Assembly (NCBI GenBank): GCA_963706715.1
Contig: CAVPNI010000002.1
Span: 288,001 to 352,000 of the forward strand
Origin: an uncultured Verrucomicrobiae bacterium
Lineage (GTDB): Bacteria; Verrucomicrobiota; Verrucomicrobiia; Chthoniobacterales; Xiphinematobacteraceae
Reading direction: 5' to 3'
DNA length: 64,000 nt
Below the pieces are notes generated by a model. The model saw only the letters and a list, made by a program, of their open reading frames with translations. It made no database searches and was not told the origin of the DNA. The position numbers were made by a program, and so were the translations under genes. This document shows positions 10,024 through 18,903 of the stretch, piece by piece. Numbering within the stretch: the first letter of the stretch is position 1; each line of letters begins with the position of its first letter.

Positions 10024-10548
10024 ATGAACCGTTATGGTTTTTTTCCAACTGTCCCGTTGATCGCTGCCACAGCTCTCGCGATAGGCATTTTATCCGGGTG
10101 CACCACAAAGCCGCCGGTTGATCCTCAGATTGTTGCCGCAGTGGCTGCTCACAATGTTGCCGCACGGACTGCTACTAAAATTCAAATGGAGCAGCCGTTA
10201 GACTATAGGGACATCCTGTATTTGGTAAAATCTAAGATGCCTACAGCCATCATAATAGCCTATTTGCAAAGTACCGAAAAATCCTACCAATTTACTCCAG
10301 GTCAATTGGATACCCTAAGAAACCTTGGGGCTTCTTCGCAGTTGATTAACTATCTTCACGAATCCAAAGGATTTTATATGATTAATAGCGCTTCGCGGCC
10401 CTCCACACAATTTAATCTGAAACGCATACGCACGAAAGGTCGGCCATCCTTGCCTCAAACGCAGATTTCCCTCGGAGAAGAAGTGGCGGACCCTGCATAC
10501 GAAGAATCGCTTTTTTCGCCTTTTTATCAGTACCCAAAACATTTCTAA
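10024..10548 (+). CDS. putative lipoprotein, function unknown
   Basis: Hydrophobic leader ending in the lipobox LSGC. Confidence 0.7.
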   Translation: MNRYGFFPTVPLIAATALAIGILSGCTTKPPVDPQIVAAVAAHNVAARTATKIQMEQPLDYRDILYLVKSKMPTAIIIAYLQSTEKSYQFTPGQLDTLRNLGASSQLINYLHESKGFYMINSASRPSTQFNLKRIRTKGRPSLPQTQISLGEEVADPAYEESLFSPFYQYPKHF

Positions 10549-10582
10549 ATCAGCTACATGCTTTAAAAGAAACCGACGAATT

Positions 10583-10726
10583 TATAGCATGCCCCCTATA
10601 AAATGACACATGAGTTGTCTGGGATTTTTTCTTCAGAGTTTGTTTTAACAAGCTGGCCATATCTGTAGATACGGACGGATTGTTGAAACAAAGTCTGGGA
10701 GAAGACCGAGCCGTGGGAACCGCTGG
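10583..10726. repeat. partial copy of TA-ended MITE family A (reverse orientation, empty for the nested insert)
   Basis: Nearly identical to the reverse complement of 15345-15433 joined directly to that of about 15075-15127. Confidence 0.85.
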
Positions 10727-10774
10727 CAATGGTTTCTGGAGGAAAGAGACGAAGTCCAGTCGAATTTACGGGAT

Positions 10775-11113
10775 TTATCCTGGAGGCCATTTCATTGGGC
10801 GGCCCCCCAAAATGTGGATATGAAGATGAGGTACGGTTTCGCCGCCATTGAGTCCGCGGTTCATTATCAGGCGAAAGCCGGTTTGTGACAGACCTTCTTT
10901 TTCAGCGATACGGGTGGCGGTTAGTAACAGTTTTCCCAATAGTAAAGTATGTTTTTCTTGGGCCGCGGAAATGTTAGTAATAGGTTCTTTTGGAACCACC
11001 AGGATATGAACAGGGGCTTGAGGGTGAGCATCACGAAATGCCAGGACCTCGTCATCCTCCCATACGATTTCCGCAGGGATTTGCCGATGAATGATTTTTT
11101 CGAAAATAGTCAT
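10775..11113 (-). CDS. hinT: HIT family nucleotide-binding hydrolase
   Basis: TIFEKII, PQAPVHILVVPK, HLHIHILGG triad and C-terminal WPPG. Confidence 0.93.
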   Translation of the reverse strand: MTIFEKIIHRQIPAEIVWEDDEVLAFRDAHPQAPVHILVVPKEPITNISAAQEKHTLLLGKLLLTATRIAEKEGLSQTGFRLIMNRGLNGGETVPHLHIHILGGRPMKWPPG

Positions 11114-11134
11114 GGATCAGAAAAATTGGGCTAA

Positions 11135-11692
11135 TTAAGAAAGTTCGGTTTGTAGGTCAAAGGCGGTACATGCCTTAATTTCTTCGCGAATGAAACTGAC
11201 AATTTCCGTATTCAGGCCAGCGCAATCTCGCCTCCAAATTTTTGCTGAGCGCAACAATTTGACGCAACGCCGGAGATCAGAAAGCTCAATTCGACTTGCT
11301 CCGGCATGTAAGGCACGCCGCAATTCAGAACGTAAAAGATCAAAGAAAACCAATTCATAGCCGTGGCCGGCTCGTGATGCCAGCTCAGCAAGAGAGATTC
11401 GTGCTGGAGGAGGCAAGAGTTGGAATCGGCCAGCGACATCGGCATAACCAATCACCTGAAGTACAGACGCGACGGCTGTCGAAAGTTGCGGTTCCGTAAC
11501 GGCCGTTGAAGGAGCCTCGTGTTCAAAATAGATAGTGACTGCCTCGGCTACATGTTTGGAAAGCCACCACTTTCGATAGCCGGCTTGAGAAGCCGCCACA
11601 GATACCGATCGGATGAGCCAATTTCGCTCAAATGGGGTCAAACTCCCATCGGCCATCCGTACTAACGGCAGATTGTTTTTCAGTGCAATCAT
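11135..11692 (-). CDS. hypothetical protein with degenerate ATP-cone-like N-terminus, translationally coupled to nrdR
   Basis: VRMADGSLTPFERNWLIRSV resembles the ATP-cone start VxKRDGxxEPFDxxKI; ATGA overlap with the nrdR stop. Confidence 0.65.
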   Translation of the reverse strand: MIALKNNLPLVRMADGSLTPFERNWLIRSVSVAASQAGYRKWWLSKHVAEAVTIYFEHEAPSTAVTEPQLSTAVASVLQVIGYADVAGRFQLLPPPARISLAELASRAGHGYELVFFDLLRSELRRALHAGASRIELSDLRRCVKLLRSAKIWRRDCAGLNTEIVSFIREEIKACTAFDLQTELS

Positions 11693-12180
11693 GTTCCAAA
11701 CAGTTCTGGCTGTGTGGGAGTTTTCATGGTTTTTCTCTCTAGGGATTGAATTTCTTCAATAAAATCTCCGATTTCCTGGAATTGGCGGTACACCGATGCA
11801 TATCGAACGTACGCAACGGGGTCCAACGTATGGAGTTTTTCCATCACCTTCGCTCCAATAGCCTTAGTTGAAATTTCTTGTTTTTGACGGGCCTCCAGAT
11901 CCTGTATGACTTCCTCAACACACTTTTCGATGTGTTTAATGCCAATTGGCCGTTTTTCACATGCTTTTAAAAAGCTGGTTTGAAGCTTGTGTCGATCAAA
12001 GGGTTCGTGCCGTTCATCTCGTTTAACCACTCTCAGTTCCAGACGCTCGATTTCTTCGTAGGTAGTAAAACGAGTTTCACAACAGAGGCATTCGCGACGA
12101 CGCCGAATGCTTCCGCCTTCTTTCGACAGACGGCTGTCTATTACTTTGTCCTCTACAGAGCCGCACTTTGGGCAACGCAT
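11689..12180 (-). CDS. nrdR: transcriptional repressor NrdR
   Basis: MRCPKC..DKVIDSR..IRRRREC..C zinc ribbon, ATP cone and VAYVRYASVY. Confidence 0.97.
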   Translation of the reverse strand: MRCPKCGSVEDKVIDSRLSKEGGSIRRRRECLCCETRFTTYEEIERLELRVVKRDERHEPFDRHKLQTSFLKACEKRPIGIKHIEKCVEEVIQDLEARQKQEISTKAIGAKVMEKLHTLDPVAYVRYASVYRQFQEIGDFIEEIQSLERKTMKTPTQPELFGT

Positions 12181-12211
12181 TGTATCACTGTGCGATTTTA
12201 CATGTTATTTG

Positions 12212-12227
12212 ACACAACATATTGTAT
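12212..12227. promoter_or_regulatory. NrdR box upstream of nrdR
   Basis: ACACAACATATTGTAT fits the NrdR-box consensus acaCwAtATaTwGtgt; TTGACA hexamers on opposite strands lie at 12209-12214 (overlapping the box) and 12228-12233. Confidence 0.7.
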
Positions 12228-12326
12228 TGTCAAAACAAATTCCCTTTCCAGTTCATTCCTGTTATCTTTTCTTTGATTCTTTTTATTGTCGTTGAAGTGC
12301 CGAGCGCGGCAGCATAGGCGGACAAA

Positions 12327-13382
12327 ATGGGTGATCTCCGAATTTTTAAATCGTTAAACGCGGCAGACCTCGCAGTTTGGATGGCAGAGCACAGCGAGAA
12401 GCAATTTCGTGTTAATCAAGTGCTTGATTGGATTTATGTTAAGCGTTGTTCCTCGTTTAAAGAAATGAGCAACATTCCGCCCAGTCTACGTAGCGTTTTG
12501 GCTAAGGAATTTCTGATCCCTGTTCTTGTTAACGTCCAGAGTATTGGATCTGCGGATACAACACAGAAGTTTCTATTTAAGTTAGGAGATGGGCAGCTTA
12601 TCGAAAGTGTGATCATTCCATCCTCGCCGGCATTGTATGGGGATCCTTCGGATCGGATAACCGCTTGTTTATCATCTCAAGTAGGTTGCGCCTATGGTTG
12701 CAAATTTTGCGCCAGTGGGTTGGACGGTTGGAAGCGGAATTTGGAAGCGGGCGAAATCGTCGACCAGTTGATGCTGTTGGAACGGATTAGCGGTCGGCGA
12801 GTCCATAACATTGTTTTTATGGGAATGGGTGAACCATTCGCCAATTTTTCCAATCTCATGAAGGCCATTGAAATTCTGAATGCTTCCTGGGGAATGGGAG
12901 TAGGTGCACGGCACATGACGGTCTCTACCAGCGGATTAGTTCCTCAGATTCGACAATTTGCTGAATCCTCACTTCAGGTGAGGTTGGCAATTAGCCTGCA
13001 TGCGGCTAGTGATTCCGTTCGGGACAAGATCATGCCTATCAATCGGCGCTATCCCTTGGCGGATCTTTTGAGCGCGCTTGATTATTTCCGTCTTCATAAG
13101 AAACAAAGGATTACCTTCGAGTATATCCTTATTAAGGGGATAAATGATGGCCTGGATCAGGCCGCCCTTCTTGTAAACCATGCGCGACGTGTCGGAGCTA
13201 AAGTGAACCTCATTCCATATAACACAGTTTCAGGCTTATCTTGGCAGCGGCCAGAGAGTTCCGCACAAAAATTATTTTTCCAATACCTAGAGAATCGCGG
13301 TATTTCGGTCACTCTTCGCAAGGAAAAGGGGCATGATATCGCGGCGGCATGCGGTCAGCTCCGTTTACAACAAGTTCAATGA
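12327..13382 (+). CDS. rlmN: 23S rRNA/tRNA m2A methyltransferase (radical SAM)
   Basis: SSQVGCAYGCKFCASG, VFMGMGEP and DIAAACGQL motifs. Confidence 0.96.
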   Translation: MGDLRIFKSLNAADLAVWMAEHSEKQFRVNQVLDWIYVKRCSSFKEMSNIPPSLRSVLAKEFLIPVLVNVQSIGSADTTQKFLFKLGDGQLIESVIIPSSPALYGDPSDRITACLSSQVGCAYGCKFCASGLDGWKRNLEAGEIVDQLMLLERISGRRVHNIVFMGMGEPFANFSNLMKAIEILNASWGMGVGARHMTVSTSGLVPQIRQFAESSLQVRLAISLHAASDSVRDKIMPINRRYPLADLLSALDYFRLHKKQRITFEYILIKGINDGLDQAALLVNHARRVGAKVNLIPYNTVSGLSWQRPESSAQKLFFQYLENRGISVTLRKEKGHDIAAACGQLRLQQVQ

Positions 13383-13464
13383 ACTCAGGCGTTTCGAAAA
13401 CGGCCCTTCTTTTCGCAAAGAAACATTTTGCGTCTCGTATCAAGCTAGATTATGGGGTTGTGTG

Positions 13465-14094
13465 ATGGCTGAAAACGATTTCGATTCTCGCGAAGTCTGG
13501 GACGAATATGATTGGGAGCGATTTTTGCAGGAGCAAGATCGTAGTACCGAGAAGTATTTCGACCTATTGGAACAATATATGGACCACCCTGAGCGAGACG
13601 AAATTATCGACAGAGAGATGGGATGGGAACATCACAACAATGATGACGGCGAGATAGAAATCTCGGTGGAATTTCAAACCGAGGAGGATTTCTCAGAATA
13701 TAATGAGGCCGATATAGTTTCTTATCCTCCCATCTATTTGGAGACCATGCGCCTCCATCATATGATCAATTCCTGGATGGAGAACCACCCCGACGTTAAA
13801 GAGCATCCGGAAGCAATTCGTCTGACCGCCTGTTCCGCTATCTGTGGTGCAAAGCTGGCAGATGCTCTTTTTGGAGAGGATCAAACCGAAATTGGGATGA
13901 CAATTGCTTATTTGAAGCGTGGCCTGAAGGCTGCCAATGATTCCCTAAGCGCCACCGCTCGTCTTTTTGAACTTAAGCTCTTAGCGTCCCGACAAAAAAG
14001 CGCACTAAGCCGGCGGCTATTTTGTGTGCGTGATCGCGTGGTTGAACTTATCGGAGATTACCGAGCCGAGTGGAGACGACGTTACGGAACTTGA
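13465..14094 (+). CDS. acidic, helical hypothetical protein
   Basis: ATG at 13465 (MAENDF); protein-like composition; no family recognised. Confidence 0.7.
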   Translation: MAENDFDSREVWDEYDWERFLQEQDRSTEKYFDLLEQYMDHPERDEIIDREMGWEHHNNDDGEIEISVEFQTEEDFSEYNEADIVSYPPIYLETMRLHHMINSWMENHPDVKEHPEAIRLTACSAICGAKLADALFGEDQTEIGMTIAYLKRGLKAANDSLSATARLFELKLLASRQKSALSRRLFCVRDRVVELIGDYRAEWRRRYGT

Positions 14095-14142
14095 TAAAGT
14101 TCCAAGTGGACATAAATTTGTGAAACGTGGTCCGAATTTAAA

Positions 14143-14934
14143 ATGAAACTCGACTCGCAGCAAGCGGCAGCTCAAGCACAATTCGATAAACGGAGTTCCC
14201 AGTATGGAAGTTCTCATATGATCTTATCCCACGTGGAAGATCTGGAATCACTTATACAACACGTTTCCTTGCCTCCCAAATCTCGGGCATTGGATGTTGC
14301 AACCGGCGGAGGCCACACGGCACTTTTTTTGGCAAAAATGGGATGTGAAGTGACAGCATCCGATATTACGGAATCGATGTTGGAAGTCGCGACTCGCCTT
14401 GCGGCAAAGGAAGGCTTTTCTATCCATACTCGACAGCACCCGGCTGAAGAAATGCCTTATCGTGCGGAGTCTTTTGACATTGTGTCCTGCCGAGTTGCAC
14501 CACATCATTTTACTAAGCCAGCGCTTTTCGTCCGAGAAGCGGCACGCGTCCTTGTTCCGGGTGGTTGCTTTCTTTTGATCGATACTACTGTACCCGATAA
14601 TTCTCCGGAAGCAGCACGATGGTTGGATCGGGTGGAAAAATTGCGCGATCCGTCTCATGTTCGTCTGATTCCGCCTTCCGAATGGTTGTCTTATTGTCGA
14701 GAAGCTGGCTTGGAGCCAACCTATTGGCAAGTTACCGATTTGAAACAGCCGGATTTGGAAGAATATTTTTGCATAGCCAACACGCCAACCGCCAATCGAC
14801 AAGAAGTCTTCCGCCTTGTGGAGAACGCGCCACAAATTGCCCGCAATAACTATCAACTTGCCCAGGAAGATGGAAAAATCACCTGGATCTGGCCGCGCCT
14901 GGGTTTGATTGCTCGTAAGGCTAGTCAACAATAA
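14143..14934 (+). CDS. class I SAM-dependent methyltransferase
   Basis: ALDVATGGGHTA, FDIVSCRVAPHHF and RVLVPGG motifs. Confidence 0.92.
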   Translation: MKLDSQQAAAQAQFDKRSSQYGSSHMILSHVEDLESLIQHVSLPPKSRALDVATGGGHTALFLAKMGCEVTASDITESMLEVATRLAAKEGFSIHTRQHPAEEMPYRAESFDIVSCRVAPHHFTKPALFVREAARVLVPGGCFLLIDTTVPDNSPEAARWLDRVEKLRDPSHVRLIPPSEWLSYCREAGLEPTYWQVTDLKQPDLEEYFCIANTPTANRQEVFRLVENAPQIARNNYQLAQEDGKITWIWPRLGLIARKASQQ

Positions 14935-14958
14935 TGATTTGCTGATGCGTCGCATCCT

Positions 14959-15433
14959 TATAGCATGACCCCTATAAAATGACCATGCCTTGTCGTTCTT
15001 TTTGCCTCGCTTGGCTCCCGCCAAGTCTCGCCCCTGTGAGGGGGGCTGTCCGGCAAAGCCGGACAGGCTACCCCAGCCGTTCCCACGGCTCGGTGTTCCA
15101 CCAGACTTTGTTTCAACAATCCGTCCGTATCTAGAGCTTGTCCTGAAAACGGCAAAATTGCCCGGAAAAGTCTTTTTACTCTGTTGAATCCCTCTATTTT
15201 TATCCATTGATTCGGTTGTTTTTCAGTAATGCCAAAATTATAAATGCCTGATTTTGGGGAAAATGGCGTTTTTCTGTCTTTTTCTCAAAATTTTTTGCCT
15301 CTGGATCGGCTTCATTGCTGCTTCTACGGTTTCAGGACAAGCTCTATCTACAGATATGGCCAGCTTGTTAAAACAAACTCTGAAGAAAAAATCCCGGACA
15401 ACTCATGTGTCATTTTATAGGGGTCATGCTATA
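14959..15433. mobile_element. MITE family A: TA-bounded element with perfect 25-bp terminal inverted repeats (IS630-like ends)
   Basis: TATAGCATGACCCCTATAAAATGAC (14959-14983) and its exact reverse complement (15409-15433); no transposase ORF. Confidence 0.88.
15134..15344. mobile_element. 211-bp MITE nested inside family A element
   Basis: Perfect 15-bp IR GAGCTTGTCCTGAAA / TTTCAGGACAAGCTC, flanked by direct repeat TATCTA (15128-15133, 15345-15350); empty site seen at about 10655-10675. Confidence 0.88.
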
Positions 15434-15437
15434 TTAA

Positions 15438-15525
15438 GTAATGTTACGCAAAAAAAAGTCATTTATTGGTGAGAATGGCCTTTTTTTGCTCCCAGAGCTT
15501 CTAAAAGAACGTAACGTCAGTTACT
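15438..15525. repeat. about 90-bp IS701-ended MITE (inverse copy of 40931-41021)
   Basis: ATGTTACGC...TTGGTGAGAATGG..TTTTTTGCTCCCAGAGCTTCTAAAAG...GTAACGTCAGTTAC. Confidence 0.75.
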
Positions 15526-15564
15526 AAGAAATTCATCCCAAAAATAAATCTAGAGCTTTAACTT

Positions 15565-16308
15565 ATGAAGATATTTGAAGGTCAGGTCGCGCTTGTAACA
15601 GGAGCTGGGCGTGGAATTGGAGAAGCTATTGCCAAACAGTTGGCCTCCTTAGGAGCCCAGATTGCGGTGGTGAGCCGAACTGAAGCAAACTCCAGCAAAA
15701 CTGCCGATGCTATTTGTAAAGAAGGCGGCATTGCTCGTGCCTACGCAATCGATGTCGCTAACTTTCAGGCTGTGCAAAAGCTAGGGGAGGACATCCTGTC
15801 GGACTTTCAAAAGGTGGATATTCTGGTGAACAATGCTGGGGTTACGCGCGACACACTTCTTCTGCGGATGACTGTTGAGGAGTGGGACGAGGTTCTCGGA
15901 ACGAATCTTAAAGGCGCTTTTAATTTTATCAAAGCAGTGACTCGTTCCATGGCAAAGCAACGGTCCGGGCGTATTATCAATATCTCATCGGTTATTGGTC
16001 TTATCGGAAATGCGGGCCAAGCTAACTATGCAGCCTCGAAAGCAGGGCTCATCGGACTTACTAAAAGCGTTGCCAGAGAGCTTGCCGGCAGGAACATTAC
16101 GGTGAACGCTGTGGCTCCCGGCTTTATCGATACGGATATGACAGCCGTTTTATCAGGGGATTGGCGTGACAGGATTGTCGAACAGATTCCTTTGGGGCGC
16201 ATTGGGAAAGTGGAGGAAATTGCTGCGGCGGTCGCTTTTCTTGCCAGTCCTCAGGCTTCTTACATCACAGGGCAGGTGCTGACAGTGGATGGCGGTATGG
16301 TGATGTAG
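15565..16308 (+). CDS. fabG: 3-oxoacyl-ACP reductase
   Basis: TGAGRGIG, NNAGVTRD, GNAGQANYAASKAG and GQVLTVDGGM motifs. Confidence 0.95.
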   Translation: MKIFEGQVALVTGAGRGIGEAIAKQLASLGAQIAVVSRTEANSSKTADAICKEGGIARAYAIDVANFQAVQKLGEDILSDFQKVDILVNNAGVTRDTLLLRMTVEEWDEVLGTNLKGAFNFIKAVTRSMAKQRSGRIINISSVIGLIGNAGQANYAASKAGLIGLTKSVARELAGRNITVNAVAPGFIDTDMTAVLSGDWRDRIVEQIPLGRIGKVEEIAAAVAFLASPQASYITGQVLTVDGGMVM

Positions 16309-16513
16309 GCTCGGTGGTGTCGGTTTGAAGCAGAAGTCAGTCTAGCCGTGCTGGTTTCTTTTAGGAGCCCATAATTACGAATGGGCTTCATTTTCGACTT
16401 ATAAGCTTCTATAGCATGACCTCTATAAAAGGAACGGACGCGGTCCGCATCAAATTACTGTCAAACAGTAATGAATGCGTATTATAATAATCGCCGACGC
16501 CCAAATTGCCCAT

Positions 16514-16996
16514 ATGCTGTTGACGTTTATCCGCCATGCAGAAGCTTCTCTCAGCGCAGCCGTCAATTTCAAGCGAGAGTTGACAGAACGAGGAAAACAA
16601 CAGGCGCATCAGCTTGCGGCATTCTTTAGCAGGCTAAAAAATCAGCCACAGCTCGTACTGACTAGCCCGGTTGTCCGTGCACGGCAAACTGCGGAAGCCA
16701 TTAGTCAAAGACTGGAATCCGCGAGGCTTTTGGAGCAATCCTGGTTAGCATCTGGCATGGCTCCGGAAATTTACATTAGTGAACTCCGTGCCTTCTCGCA
16801 ATTTGAAAATGTTCTTTTAGTCGGCCATGAGCCTGATCTGAGTTCTACCATTGCGTTCTTACTTGGAAACCAGAACCCAGAAAATTTGAAGATGCGTAAG
16901 GCCAGTATTTGTGCCTTGAAAATACAATCACTTGGTCCAGGTTGTGGTATATTGCAGTACTTTTTGCCTCCGGATCTACTGCTTCCTTTATCATAA
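16514..16996 (+). CDS. sixA: phosphohistidine phosphatase SixA family
   Basis: FIRHAEA, RELTERG, SPVVRARQTA and LVGHEP motifs; start placed at MLLTFIRH. Confidence 0.88.
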   Translation: MLLTFIRHAEASLSAAVNFKRELTERGKQQAHQLAAFFSRLKNQPQLVLTSPVVRARQTAEAISQRLESARLLEQSWLASGMAPEIYISELRAFSQFENVLLVGHEPDLSSTIAFLLGNQNPENLKMRKASICALKIQSLGPGCGILQYFLPPDLLLPLS

Positions 16997-17001
16997 ATTC
17001 T

Positions 17002-17679
17002 ATGGCTCCTGAAATTTTCCACAGTCACCAATTTGTTCAAGATGCGGTCTCGTTTATTATGCTCGGTGTCCACGAAGCGCTCGAGACCCGGAATGAATGC
17101 CGGATTGCTCTGAGCGGGGGCAGTACTCCAAAGCCAGTATTTGAGGCATTGGCTCAGCAGTCGTTGGATTGGGATCGTATTGTGATCACTTTCAGTGACG
17201 AAAGGTGTGTACCGCCGACAGACGAACAGAGTAACTTTCTGATGGCACAGCAGGCTTTGTTGAATCACGTTCCAATTCCGGCACGGAACATTCTCCGGAT
17301 GAAAGGCGAACTTGATCCGATTCAAGGCGCTCGGGAATATGAGGCCGTACTTCGGGAGCGCTCGCCCCATGAAATCTATCGACACGATCTTCTGCTTCTT
17401 GGCATGGGTGAGGACGGTCATACGGCCTCACTATTTCCGGCCACGCATGCGCTTAAGGTGACTGACCGCTGGGTCATTGAAAACTATGTGCCCAAGCTGA
17501 ATGCTTGGCGAATTACATTTACCTACCCGTTAATCAACGCTGCCAGGCAGGTGCTATTTTTGGTAAATAGCACAGGTAAAGATGAGGTGTTAAGGCAAGT
17601 TTTTCACAACAAATCTGATTATCCCTGTAGTCGTGTCTTGCCGACTGCCGGTCGAGTGAGATGGCTTCTGGGGAGCTGA
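17002..17679 (+). CDS. pgl: 6-phosphogluconolactonase
   Basis: IALSGGSTP, DERCVPP..SN and LLGMGEDGHTASLFP motifs. Confidence 0.95.
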   Translation: MAPEIFHSHQFVQDAVSFIMLGVHEALETRNECRIALSGGSTPKPVFEALAQQSLDWDRIVITFSDERCVPPTDEQSNFLMAQQALLNHVPIPARNILRMKGELDPIQGAREYEAVLRERSPHEIYRHDLLLLGMGEDGHTASLFPATHALKVTDRWVIENYVPKLNAWRITFTYPLINAARQVLFLVNSTGKDEVLRQVFHNKSDYPCSRVLPTAGRVRWLLGS

Positions 17680-17694
17680 CGACCCAATCGACTC

Positions 17695-18903
17695 ATGAAA
17701 AGTCTTTTTTTGACTAATGAATATCCGCCGCACATTTATGGCGGAGCGGGTGTTCATGTGGAATATCTGAGCCGAGCTCTATCCAAATTTATGGAAGTAG
17801 AAGTCCGCTGCTTTGGTGATCAGCATGTCGACCTACAGCACCTGTCAGTACGAGGCTTTGGTCTCAAAAATGCGGAATTTAAGTGTCCCAAACAATTATG
17901 TTCTATATTTGGGGCTTTACAGCGGTGCTTGGACTTTAATACAGCCGGGATCGTTGCCGACGTAGTCCATTGTCATACCTGGTACTCCCACTTCGGTGGC
18001 CTACTGACCAAGTTCAATTATGGTCTTCCTCTGGTCATTACTGTTCATTCCCTGGAGCCGCTTCGTCCATGGAAACGGGAACAATTAGGTTGTGGCTATG
18101 ATTTTACTACCTGGTTGGAAAAGACTGCTTTAGAGGCAGCCGATGCTATTATTGCGGTTTCTGCGGAAACAAAAAAAGATATTCTGCGCTTATTTGACGT
18201 TTCGGATCGTCGAATCCATGTCATTCACAACGGTATTGACTTAAAAGAATACCGGCCAGTGCAAAAATCCAATCTTCTCGTAGCTCACGGGATCGATTCC
18301 AATCAGCCATATGTTTTATTTGTCGGAAGAATTGCCCGCCAGAAAGGAATTTTGCATTTGATACGTGCTATTCATTACTTTGCACCGGGATTTCAGGTAG
18401 TCCTTTGTGCCAGTGCGCCGGATACCCCTGAAATTGAAACAGAAGTCACCGAGGCAATTCAAGATGCGCAAGCACGGCGACCTGGAATTATCTGGATACA
18501 CGAAATGCTCGACGTTTCTACCAAGGTTCAACTCTATAGCCATGCCTCCGTGTTTGTTTGCCCCTCCATTTACGAGCCATTCGGAATTATTAATCTCGAA
18601 GCAATGGCCTGTGGAATACCCGTAGTGGCAAGTGCGGTGGGTGGTGTCAAGGAAGTGGTCGTGGATGGTGAAACAGGCTTTTTGTTGCCTTTCGAAAAAC
18701 AAGAGGAGAACACATTGAAACCTGTTGATTACGAACAATTTGAGCGAGACATTGCCGCCCGCATTAATGATCTTGTGGCGGATAAATGCCTCCGGGAAAG
18801 GATGGGAAAAGCGGGCCGCCGTCGAGCAGAACAACTTTTTGATTGGGACGCGATTGCTCGACAAACCCATGGACTCTACGAAAAGATCGTGCATGTTCGT
18901 TGA
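17695..18903 (+). CDS. glgA: GT4 'Corynebacterium-type glycogen synthase' (GlgA/GlgM, maltose-1-phosphate synthase-like)
   Basis: TNEYPPHIYGGAGVHVEYL, HCHTWY, HSLEPLRPWKREQLG and YEPFGIINLEAMAC motifs. Confidence 0.9.
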   Translation: MKSLFLTNEYPPHIYGGAGVHVEYLSRALSKFMEVEVRCFGDQHVDLQHLSVRGFGLKNAEFKCPKQLCSIFGALQRCLDFNTAGIVADVVHCHTWYSHFGGLLTKFNYGLPLVITVHSLEPLRPWKREQLGCGYDFTTWLEKTALEAADAIIAVSAETKKDILRLFDVSDRRIHVIHNGIDLKEYRPVQKSNLLVAHGIDSNQPYVLFVGRIARQKGILHLIRAIHYFAPGFQVVLCASAPDTPEIETEVTEAIQDAQARRPGIIWIHEMLDVSTKVQLYSHASVFVCPSIYEPFGIINLEAMACGIPVVASAVGGVKEVVVDGETGFLLPFEKQEENTLKPVDYEQFERDIAARINDLVADKCLRERMGKAGRRRAEQLFDWDAIARQTHGLYEKIVHVR

